Source of the DNA: Candidatus Hodarchaeaceae archaeon
Lineage (GTDB): Archaea; Hadarchaeota; Hadarchaeia; Hadarchaeales; Hadarchaeaceae
Assembly (NCBI GenBank): GCA_030018135.1
Contig: JASEGJ010000020.1
Coordinates: 375-20,112, forward strand
Length of the DNA: 19,738 bases
Direction of reading: 5' to 3'
The notes below the pieces were generated by a model that ran no database searches, was not told the DNA's origin, and saw only the letters and a list, made by a program, of their open reading frames with translations. A program made the translations under genes and the position numbers. Positions 1 to 7,524 of the stretch are shown here, in pieces (the stretch's first letter is position 1; each line of letters starts with the position of its first letter).

Positions 1-110
1 GCATTTGATTCCTCGACCGAGGAGTCATAGTGTTGCGCGGTCGACCGGCACCTGCGCAAGATTAGCTTTGACCATCAAGGCTTTTTAATTTTGCACACTC
101 CTATACCCCT

Positions 111-139
111 ATACCGATTATTTAAATATCTATCGGTAT
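111..139. promoter_or_regulatory. Inverted repeat ATACCGAT-N13-ATCGGTAT enclosing a TATA-like TTTAAATA; putative operator/promoter
   Basis: 8-bp perfect arms at 111-118 and 132-139. The inner TATTTAAATA (119-128) is itself palindromic. The regulated gene is uncertain and may lie left of the window. Confidence 0.45.
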
Positions 140-279
140 TTAGGTTTCCGATGCAACTACGGTTCCTCTTCCTCCCTCGAAGACCTCCTCGCAGTCCGGG
201 CAGACGCCCAGCCGCAATCGTAGCAGCGGAGCAGCTGCCCCTCAGGGAACCCCCACCCGCGGGCGGAGCACTCGGGCAT
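140..279 (-). pseudogene. Small Cys-rich zinc-finger-like microprotein, apparently frameshifted
   Basis: GGAGGTG SD (294-288) 8 nt before ATG 279. The frame reads MPECSARGWGFPEGQLLRCYDCG (stop at 157). An adjacent frame carries VCPDCEEVFE (CPDC at 202-191, stop at 140). Confidence 0.4.
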
Positions 280-455
280 GTCCTTCCCACCTCCGCATCT
301 CGTTTCTCCCCTATAAATCGCCTCCGCCAAAAGCCCGGGCGGAAGTGGGCTCATTGCGATCGAAGTCCGGTAAGGGGGAGCTCATGGATGGGGCGGGGTT
401 GTGGCAAACGTGGGGGGTCCACAGATTCAATCGATCTTCGGCTCCACCGGAGTTC

Positions 456-641
456 CCTAACCTTAAGCTAGGATCAAGCCAACTGCGAGGAAAAGCCCTT
501 AAAATCCCCTTTTTTTCGAGAAGCAGCGGGTCGACGGGTCGCCGCACCCTAACTTGGGCTTAGGATTGGCGATTACATCCCCCTCGAGTGCGCAAATTTC
601 GACAAGTTTAATAGCAGGGCATGTCCTAAACTCGGCTGGGG
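456..641. promoter_or_regulatory. Three 17-bp CCTAA-N7-TTAGG-like dyads upstream of the wHTH gene, plus TATA box TTTAATAG (607-614)
   Basis: CCTAACCTTAAGCTAGG 456-472; CCTAACTTGGGCTTAGG 548-564; degenerate CCTAAACTCGGCTGGGG 625-641. Confidence 0.35.
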
Positions 642-947
642 GTGAAATTTACGGCTCTAGAGGACGTCGCGCAGTTGGTCGCGCCGAGGAGGCCGGACGT
701 CGCGCTGCGCATCATGCGCTGCTTCCAGGGCAGGGAGAGCTTGACACGCGAGGATATAATCCGCGAAACTGGGTTGGGCCAAAAGACGTTCGAGTATTAC
801 CTCACCAAGCTCAGGCGTTTTAGGCTCGTTCAGGGGTTCAAGGCGAGGGATGGCTACCGCTATTACATCAGCGTCGACGGCTTCCACTCTCGCATCGACA
901 CCCTATTCGTCGACCCGATGCGCACGCTGAGGGGCAAGGGTACTTGA
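642..947 (+). CDS. Small winged helix-turn-helix DNA-binding protein (TrmB/ArsR-like)
   Basis: LTREDIIRETGLGQKTFEYYLTKLRRFRLVQ...YRYYI fits a wHTH pattern. Start is uncertain because GTG 642 overlaps the SD-like GGGGGTGA. Confidence 0.7.
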   Translation: MKFTALEDVAQLVAPRRPDVALRIMRCFQGRESLTREDIIRETGLGQKTFEYYLTKLRRFRLVQGFKARDGYRYYISVDGFHSRIDTLFVDPMRTLRGKGT

Positions 948-953
948 GCGGTT

Positions 954-1451
954 TCATTTGATGGATTCTAGGATCTCCTTTATCCTCGTCAGGAGCCCTT
1001 CGGCCTGCTCCCTGACGGCCGGATTTTTCTCGATCGAAAGCCTCAGCTCGCGCTCGTAAGGTGCCAAGCGCTTGGACACCGCGGCGCGGTCGATCCCGCC
1101 CGGTTCGCGCCCCTTGATCTTTTTTTCGTAGACCTCCTCAATCTTCGCCCCCACCTCGGACAGCCGCACGGTATCGATGAAATGAGCTAAAATCTCCGCC
1201 GCCCTCTCGCCGAGCTCCGTGAGCTTCACCTGCTTGACGCGCCCCCTCCTTTCGAAGCTGACCAACCCGCGCTTTTTTAAATTGGAAAGCACCTTCAGGG
1301 TGTGGGCGTAGGTGCTATCTATCTCCTTGGCTATCATGGACACATATATCGGTTCATTCGTCTCCTTTAGCAATAAGAGGCTTTTTACGGGCTTTTCTTG
1401 CAAAAATAAGATCTCAGGTTGATTTATTTTTATTATATTTATCACCTCCAA
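954..1451 (-). CDS. Archaeal MarR-like winged-helix transcriptional regulator with C-terminal helical extension
   Basis: YVSMIAKEIDSTYAHTLKVLSNLKKRGLVSFERRGRVKQVKLTELG is a wHTH signature. Divergent from the aminotransferase. Start is uncertain (TTG 1451 overlaps SD GGAGGTGA). Confidence 0.85.
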   Translation of the reverse strand: MEVINIIKINQPEILFLQEKPVKSLLLLKETNEPIYVSMIAKEIDSTYAHTLKVLSNLKKRGLVSFERRGRVKQVKLTELGERAAEILAHFIDTVRLSEVGAKIEEVYEKKIKGREPGGIDRAAVSKRLAPYERELRLSIEKNPAVREQAEGLLTRIKEILESIK

Positions 1452-1547
1452 AAATGTAAGAGGTACGGAGATACTTAAATCTATCTATGATTACTACATA
1501 ATCGACATAATAAAAACTTAATAGTTATTATTCAAGTATATATTCAC

Positions 1548-1571
1548 TTCATTTGAATATATTCAAGTGAA
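1548..1571. promoter_or_regulatory. 24-bp near-perfect palindromic operator in the AT-rich divergent promoter region
   Basis: TTCATTTGAATA|TATTCAAGTGAA has one mismatch and a perfect core TTGAATATATTCAA. An extra half-site TATTCAAGT lies at 1529-1537. Confidence 0.6.
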
Positions 1572-1682
1572 CTTTAAAGGAAAAAATGCGAATGTTTGAG
1601 GTTGGGGGCATCATCGGTGAAAAGGCTAAATAGCCGGAGGGGAAATGCCGAAGAGGTGTTTGAATAAGTTGGAGGTGCTGAA

Positions 1683-3038
1683 ATGGTCGTGAGTGCCGAT
1701 ATGAAGGAGCCGAAAGTCGTGGTGCCGCCGCCGGGCCCGAGGGCCAAGGCGTTCATCGAGCGGGATCATGCGGTGACCTCCCCGTCGCTGACCAGGACGG
1801 CGCCGCTCGTGGGCGTCGAGGCGCGGGGCGTGTGGGTGAAGGATATAGATGGGAACGTGTTTTTGGACCTCAGCTCAGGCATAGCTGTCACGAACGTGGG
1901 GCATTGCCATCCTAAGGTGGTGGAGGCGATAAAGCGCCAGATCGAGCTGGCGATCCACATCAACAGCTGCGACTTCTACACCCTGCCTCAGGTCGAGCTG
2001 ATCGAGCGGTTGTTCGAGGTGACGCCGGGCAAGTTCAAGAAGCGGGCGTTCCTCGGGAACTCGGGCACGGAGGCCGTCGAGGCGGCGTTGAAGATCGCCC
2101 AGTGGCACACCCGCAACTACTACGTCATAGCCTTCATCGGCGGCTTCCACGGGCGGACGATGGGGTCGCTGCAGCTGACCACGACGGGCGTGGAGGCGAG
2201 GCGCCACTTCAAGGGCATGATGCAGGGCGTGTTCCACGTGCCGTACGCGTACTGCTACCGCTGCGCCTTCAAGCAGGAGTACCCCGACTGCGGGCTCTGG
2301 TGCGTGAGCTACATCGAGGACATCGTGTTCAGGAAGCTCTGCCCTCCCGGCGACGTCGCGTGCATGATAGTCGAGCCCATCCAAGGCGCGGGCGGCTACG
2401 TGGTGCCGCCGGACGAGTATCTACCCGCGCTGGCGAGGCTGTGCAGGGAAAACGGCATAATCCTCGTCATCGATGAGGTGCAGTCCGGCTTCTGCCGCAC
2501 GGGCAAGTGGTTCGCCTGCGAGCACTGGGGAGTCGAGCCCGACATCGTCACCCTGTCCAAGGCGATTGCAGCTGGCCTGCCGTGCGGAGCCGCGATAGCG
2601 CGGGCGGAACTCATGGACTGGGAGCCGGGGGCGCACGAGAACACGCTGGGCGGCAACCCTGTCGTCTGCGCCGCTGCGCTCGCGGTGCTCGACGTGCTGA
2701 AATCCGAGAGGCTGGCGGACAACGCCGCGAGGGTCGGCGGCCACATGCTCGAGCGATTCCGGGAGATGGCGGAGGAGCACGAGCTCATCGGGGATGTCCG
2801 GGGCAGGGGATTGATGATCGGCGTCGAGCTCGTGAAGGACAGGAGGACGAAGGAACCAGCGCGGAAGGAGCGCAACGAGTTGCTCACGAAGGCGTTCAAG
2901 CGCGGTCTGATATTGTTGGGGGGGGCCGGAGCGTCGTCGCTGAGGCTCGCCCCCCCGCTTGTGCTCACGAAGGAGCAGGCCGACGTCGGGCTGAGGATAT
3001 TCGAGGAGGCGCTGGGCGAGGTCGAAAAAGGCAAATAA
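1683..3038 (+). CDS. Class III PLP-dependent aminotransferase (4-aminobutyrate/acetylornithine aminotransferase family)
   Basis: Motifs DIDGNVFLD, NSGTEAVEAALK, GGFHGRT, EPIQGAGG, DEVQSGFCRTG, TLSKAIAAG (PLP Lys), TLGGNP, VRGRGLMIG. GGAGGTG SD 5 nt before ATG. Confidence 0.93.
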   Translation: MVVSADMKEPKVVVPPPGPRAKAFIERDHAVTSPSLTRTAPLVGVEARGVWVKDIDGNVFLDLSSGIAVTNVGHCHPKVVEAIKRQIELAIHINSCDFYTLPQVELIERLFEVTPGKFKKRAFLGNSGTEAVEAALKIAQWHTRNYYVIAFIGGFHGRTMGSLQLTTTGVEARRHFKGMMQGVFHVPYAYCYRCAFKQEYPDCGLWCVSYIEDIVFRKLCPPGDVACMIVEPIQGAGGYVVPPDEYLPALARLCRENGIILVIDEVQSGFCRTGKWFACEHWGVEPDIVTLSKAIAAGLPCGAAIARAELMDWEPGAHENTLGGNPVVCAAALAVLDVLKSERLADNAARVGGHMLERFREMAEEHELIGDVRGRGLMIGVELVKDRRTKEPARKERNELLTKAFKRGLILLGGAGASSLRLAPPLVLTKEQADVGLRIFEEALGEVEKGK

Positions 3039-3181
3039 GCTGGGGCGGCGAGTAATCTGGCTGGGAGGGGGCAACGTTAGGGAGCTACCTGAATGCGGCA
3101 ATTCCATCGTTAGTCCTACTCGTTGCGGGGATCGCGGCCCAGCGCATCCGACTCCTAAGGCCCACGTTCCGTCTTCTCAAC

Positions 3182-4024
3182 GTGGCGGTGCTCTGGGCGA
3201 TCCTCCCGATAGTAGTTTTCGTCTCGATAGCCCGCTACAGCCTTCGGGATATCTACGGCTTCAACAACGCCATCGTGCTGGCGCTCATCGGTCTGGGCTC
3301 ATGCTTCGTGTTGGGCGTGGTCGTGGCGAGCCTGATGCGGTTGGACAGGAGGATGAGCGTGGCGGTGGTCCTCAACGCGGCCTTCATGAACGTCACGTAC
3401 CTCGGCCTCCCCATGGTCTACGCCTTGACCGGACTTGAGGGCTTGGGCCCCGCAAGCTTATATGCGCTGGCGATAGGGGTCCCGCACCTGATATTCGGCG
3501 TGGCGCTCGGGGGGTCGGCGACGAAAAAGCACGTCGACTTCCGCTCGATAATCGAGAACGTGGTGACCTTCCCCGCCGCGTTCGCCCTGATCGTAGCGCT
3601 GCTCTTCGTGGGATTTAAGGCCCCGCTGCCTGTTTGGATGCTTAACACGTTTGACGTCTACCTCGCCAAGCCGTTCTTCGCCCTGATGCTCCTGCTCATA
3701 GGCTACCAGATACCGCTGGTCGACCCGCGCAGGTACGCATCGCCCCTCGCCACGATCGGCACCATCAGGTTTCTGGTGTGCCCGCTGGTGACGTATCTTT
3801 GCGTGGGGCTGTTGGAGTTAAACATAGCGACCGATATCTCACCGAAACCCGCCCTGATCCAGGCGACGATGCCGCCGGCGGTCTTCAACATGATACTAGC
3901 CCATAACTTCAAGCTCGACCTCAAGCTCTACGGGGCAATCGTGTTCTACCTGACCTTCGTGTCGATCTTTCTGGCGCTCCCCCTGATGATGTATCTTGCG
4001 GGCTTTTATGTAAGCATTATATGA
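3182..4024 (+). CDS. AEC (auxin efflux carrier) family transporter; true N-terminus probably ~3074-3093
   Basis: Multi-TM hydrophobic protein with FMNVTYLGLP, RFLVCP and ATMPPAV motifs. The frame is open from 3056 and encodes an AEC-like first TM helix upstream of GTG 3182. Confidence 0.85.
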   Translation: MAVLWAILPIVVFVSIARYSLRDIYGFNNAIVLALIGLGSCFVLGVVVASLMRLDRRMSVAVVLNAAFMNVTYLGLPMVYALTGLEGLGPASLYALAIGVPHLIFGVALGGSATKKHVDFRSIIENVVTFPAAFALIVALLFVGFKAPLPVWMLNTFDVYLAKPFFALMLLLIGYQIPLVDPRRYASPLATIGTIRFLVCPLVTYLCVGLLELNIATDISPKPALIQATMPPAVFNMILAHNFKLDLKLYGAIVFYLTFVSIFLALPLMMYLAGFYVSII

Positions 4025-4043
4025 AGTTATACGGGAGAGTTTC

Positions 4044-4334
4044 GTGAACAAAACGATAGCGATATTGTTGGCACTTTCCCTTCCATATTTACTGTATGCC
4101 ATCGGCTTTGCCCTGCCTTACGGCTTTACAGGATTTACAATTGTGGTGATTATTCCCTACCTTTCTGGAATGGTTGTGAATGGCTGCGTAAGGAGGTTAA
4201 TCAGATGGGCGTTTCTGATTTCAAATATCTTGGCGCTCCCCGTGTGGATGTTTTTATGGTACTACCGGCTGTTCCCTGCCTACGTTGGCCCCCGCCGTGG
4301 GAACGGCCGATATGGCCAATACTACTTTCTTTAG
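4044..4334 (+). CDS. Hypothetical small membrane protein, possibly frameshifted (alternative end 4399)
   Basis: Three hydrophobic segments and visibly lower GC than the upstream genes. A fourth hydrophobic segment lies in another frame after the C5 run at 4290-4294. Confidence 0.5.
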   Translation: MNKTIAILLALSLPYLLYAIGFALPYGFTGFTIVVIIPYLSGMVVNGCVRRLIRWAFLISNILALPVWMFLWYYRLFPAYVGPRRGNGRYGQYYFL

Positions 4335-4489
4335 TTATTCCCTATTCTCTTGGCTCTTTATCCACTTCGATGGTGTTCAGGCTAGGGCGGATGAAATAAC
4401 TGAGAAGTTGGCGCTTGAGCTATCGGTCTTTGCTTTGATTCCGCCGGGTTTGGGTTTGGGCTAAAAATTTAAGGCACCGACCAAGTTCC

Positions 4490-4529
4490 AACTTTGTCAC
4501 ATATGGATAACTTTGTCACATATGGATAA
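4490..4529. repeat. Perfect 19-bp tandem duplication AACTTTGTCACATATGGAT x2
   Basis: Copies at 4490-4508 and 4509-4527, followed by AA of a third unit. Confidence 0.95.
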
Positions 4530-4771
4530 GTTCGTCGCGATGCATATACGTCGCGCCGCGTCCTTGGATGGGTTCCTCCATGAACTTTTAGCCGAAATTT
4601 TGCACATATCGATTTTAACATTCGAGCGCACGGCCGTGTATGCCTGTCGATCGACGCTGGACCTCGACCCCGAACTCGCTCAGCTCTGAACCCCTGAAGC
4701 CTTCATGAGCTTCTGAGTTCGTGCGAGCAACGCTCACCAGCGAGGAGTTCGCGATTTTTTCGAATTTCGAG

Positions 4772-4980
4772 TCAACACCCCTGTTGATGGCCTAAGAAGC
4801 GATCCCAATTTTTTCGGCTTTGGTGGATAGCGTTTGAGTCGTCTCGAAATATCTTGTTTGTCCGTTTTGTCGACCATCAAACTAACCTGAATAACGGGCC
4901 GGGTTCGTCAACACCCCTGTTGATTTTTTGATTATCTGCGCATGTATCGCTCTTCATTTTCAAATCAACACCCCTGTTGA
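4772..4980. repeat. Three identical 16-bp palindromic repeats TCAACA-CCCC-TGTTGA
   Basis: Exact copies at 4772-4787, 4908-4923 and 4965-4980, all in the same orientation. Confidence 0.95.
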
Positions 4981-5017
4981 CGGGTGGCTCCACCGTGGGG
5001 TGCGGTCGAACCACGGC

Positions 5018-6556
5018 TCATGGGCGCTCGGACTTGGACTTGACCGCCTCTCCGGCCATTTCGAAGGGCATCTCGCCCGACAGCAGGGAGCGCAGCAGTC
5101 GCGGGAGCTCCTTGATCTCCGCCCGCACCTGCTTCGCGGTGTCGCGGTCCCTAATCGTCGCGGTCTCGTCCTCGAGCGTCCGGTGGTCGATGGTGACGCA
5201 GTAGGGCGTGCCGACCTCATCGGCGCGCGCGTACCTTCGACCGATCGAGCCGGATTCATCGTACTCCGCCATGAAGCCCTCCCGCCTCAAACCCTCGTAC
5301 ACCACCTCGGCTTTCTCCGGCAAGCCGTCGCGGTTGAGGAGGGGGAATACGCCCACCTCGATCGGGGCCATGTCCTTTTTCAGCCTGAGGTACGCGCGGC
5401 CCCTCTCCTGGGCGAAGGCATGCTCCAGCAGGCAATAAAGCGGTCGATCGATTCCGTAGGACGGCTCCACCACGTGGCATATAACCTTTCGCTTTTTATC
5501 CGCGGAGAACACGGCGAGGTCCTCCCCGCTGGCTTCGGCGTGGCGGGTTAAATCGTAGTCCGTGCGGTAGGCGAGCCCGGCCACCTCGACCCAACCGAAT
5601 CGCTCGGTTAAAACCTCGGCATCCCATGTTTCGGCGGAATAGTGGGCCCGCTGCCCCGGGGTCTGCTGCCTGAACCGGACCGCCCCCTTCGGGATGCCTA
5701 TGTCGCCCAAGAAGCGTTTCGTGAGCGCGATGTAGTACGCCATCAGCTCGTTGCATACCAGCTTCCCATCTACTGCCTGCTCGGCGGTCACCTCGTTCAA
5801 CCGCTCCCTGCCCTTTTCTTGGTCGACCGCGAGCCACAGCCTAAACTTTTCGCCCGCGACATCGGAAAATTTCGGGTGATGGGGATCCTCCGGGTCGAAG
5901 AAAACCTCGGCCTCTGCCATCGTGAACTCCCTAAGCCTGATGATGCCCTGCCTGGGCGAGATCTCGTTCCGGTAGCCCCGCCCTATTTGCACCGCCCCGA
6001 ACGGCAGCCGCCCGCGCGCGTGGCGCTGGAGCCGCTTGAAATCGATGAAAATCCCCTGCGCGGTCTCCGGCCGCAGGTAGCCGACCCTCTGGGTCCCCGG
6101 CCCGATCGTCGTGCGGAATATCGCGTTGAAGTCGAAAACATGGCCCAGCTCGCCGTTGCAGTCGGGACATCGCACCCCATGTTTCTTCATGAACTGCTCC
6201 ATTTCCCCCTTCGACATCCCCTCGACATCCCTGCCCGTAACCTCGCGCACGACATCCGCGACCCTGAACGCGGCCCCGCATTTTTGGCACTCGGTCATTG
6301 CATCGACGAAATGGTTCACGTGCCCGCTCGCCTTCAGGACCTCCTCGGGCGTGACCGCAGGCGAATCCACCTCGAAAAACCCCTCCCCGAGCACGTAGTA
6401 CTCGCGCCACTTCTGGATTATCTTGTTTTTCAGGAGCGAGCCGAGCGGCCCGAAGTCGTAGAAGCCGCTCACGCCGCCATATATCTCGAAGGACGGCCAG
6501 ATGAAGCCCCGGCGGAGGGCGATGTCCATGACCTTCTCGTGCCTGCTTTGTTTCAC
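5018..6556 (-). CDS. glyS: Glycine--tRNA ligase (alpha2, archaeal/eukaryotic type)
   Basis: RRGFIWPSFEIYGG, YLRPETAQGIF, RNEISPRQGIIRLREFTMAE, HVVEPSYGIDR, SGSIGRRYARADEVGTP. Confidence 0.97.
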   Translation of the reverse strand: MKQSRHEKVMDIALRRGFIWPSFEIYGGVSGFYDFGPLGSLLKNKIIQKWREYYVLGEGFFEVDSPAVTPEEVLKASGHVNHFVDAMTECQKCGAAFRVADVVREVTGRDVEGMSKGEMEQFMKKHGVRCPDCNGELGHVFDFNAIFRTTIGPGTQRVGYLRPETAQGIFIDFKRLQRHARGRLPFGAVQIGRGYRNEISPRQGIIRLREFTMAEAEVFFDPEDPHHPKFSDVAGEKFRLWLAVDQEKGRERLNEVTAEQAVDGKLVCNELMAYYIALTKRFLGDIGIPKGAVRFRQQTPGQRAHYSAETWDAEVLTERFGWVEVAGLAYRTDYDLTRHAEASGEDLAVFSADKKRKVICHVVEPSYGIDRPLYCLLEHAFAQERGRAYLRLKKDMAPIEVGVFPLLNRDGLPEKAEVVYEGLRREGFMAEYDESGSIGRRYARADEVGTPYCVTIDHRTLEDETATIRDRDTAKQVRAEIKELPRLLRSLLSGEMPFEMAGEAVKSKSERP

Positions 6557-6618
6557 CCGCTCACCGCAATTGTTGAACGGTTTTAAAACCCTAAAAAACT
6601 ACTTCTTCGCGAAACCAG

Positions 6619-7455
6619 CTACGAGACCAAAGCTTGGAGCAGGTCGACATCCCGCACTATTCCGATGAGCCTACCGTCGGCCGATGTAACCGGGGTCTGC
6701 TCTATCTTGTGCTGTTTCATTAGCTCGGCGCACCTGCTCACGGGCGTCCGCTTGGTGATGGTGACCAGCTCCTTCGCCATCACTTCCCGCACAAGCTTAT
6801 CCGGGACCTTAAGCTTTCTCTTCGTGATGTAGATCCGATCCTCGCTGTCCCAAGTCCAGCTGTCGCCCTCGGTGCGTCCGGCCATTTGGCTCATCTTCGA
6901 CTCCGTTTCCACATCGCTTATGTTGACGATGTCGGAATCGTCGATGATCCCTACCAAGCTGCCCTTCTCATCTATCACCGGCAAGGCTCGGAAGTTGGAA
7001 AGCGTCATTATCTCCATCGCTGCCCTGAGCGGCGTTCCGTCCCACACGGCGATGACATGGGGGCGCATGTGATCAGAGGCCGGCTTTTCTATGTTCATCG
7101 CTGCGATCGCGCGGTAGACGATGTCCCTGACGGTTATGATTCCGACGAGCCTGCCATCCTTCAGCACCGGAAGCCTCCTGACATGGGAGGCCAGCAGGCG
7201 CTTCGCCGCTTCCTCGAGTGAATCATCTGGGGTGACCGTCGCGACATCTCGATCGACCAGCATCGCCAGCTGATCCTCGTCTGGGTGCTCGAACAGCTTC
7301 CGCAGGGTCACCATCCCCACGAGTTCACCCGTACCTTGCTTCACGACCGGCACGGCGCTTGCGCCGAGCTTTCTGAGCAGTTCAAGCGCCTCCGCCCTAG
7401 TGCCGGGAACCTCTACCCACTTGACCTCTTTCGTCATCACATCTTTGACCTGCAT
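6619..7455 (-). CDS. CBS domain-containing protein (two CBS pairs)
   Basis: VKDVMT, RRLPVLKDGRLVGIITVRDI, LPVIDEKGSLVGII, GRLIGIVRDVDLL. ATG 7455 is preferred over GTG 7467, which lies in the SD. Confidence 0.92.
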   Translation of the reverse strand: MQVKDVMTKEVKWVEVPGTRAEALELLRKLGASAVPVVKQGTGELVGMVTLRKLFEHPDEDQLAMLVDRDVATVTPDDSLEEAAKRLLASHVRRLPVLKDGRLVGIITVRDIVYRAIAAMNIEKPASDHMRPHVIAVWDGTPLRAAMEIMTLSNFRALPVIDEKGSLVGIIDDSDIVNISDVETESKMSQMAGRTEGDSWTWDSEDRIYITKRKLKVPDKLVREVMAKELVTITKRTPVSRCAELMKQHKIEQTPVTSADGRLIGIVRDVDLLQALVS

Positions 7456-7524
7456 ATTTTTCCCCACTCCCCGCTGTATAGGTAACTACTCAAAGAACCC
7501 CGAAAATTTCTTTCACGCCCCAGC

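Noticed and set aside
300-640. tRNA/ncRNA or ORB-containing origin (CTCCACCGGAG at ~442-452)
   Set aside because: No cloverleaf or T-loop, a single weak ORB-like dyad with no adjacent G-string, and no cdc6.
4502-4529. DnaA-box-like TATGGATAA (1 mismatch from TGTGGATAA) suggesting a bacterial oriC
   Set aside because: Archaeal context, and the two hits come from one tandem duplication.
4522-4689. 55-aa ORF MDKFVAMHIRR...
   Set aside because: No SD, no recognisable motif, and the start lies inside the tandem repeat.
4772-4980. CRISPR array
   Set aside because: The repeat is only 16 bp, intervening lengths are 120 and 41 bp, and there are no cas genes.
4983-5016. Overlapping short hairpins just after the glyS stop
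   Set aside because: 5-6 bp GC stems are likely by chance, and no adjacent U-tract supports a terminator.
5642-6586. Long antisense/alternate-frame ORFs (e.g. 314 aa opposite glyS, and others over the aminotransferase, glmS and gatE)
   Set aside because: Shadow ORFs expected from GC-rich codon usage, with no motifs.
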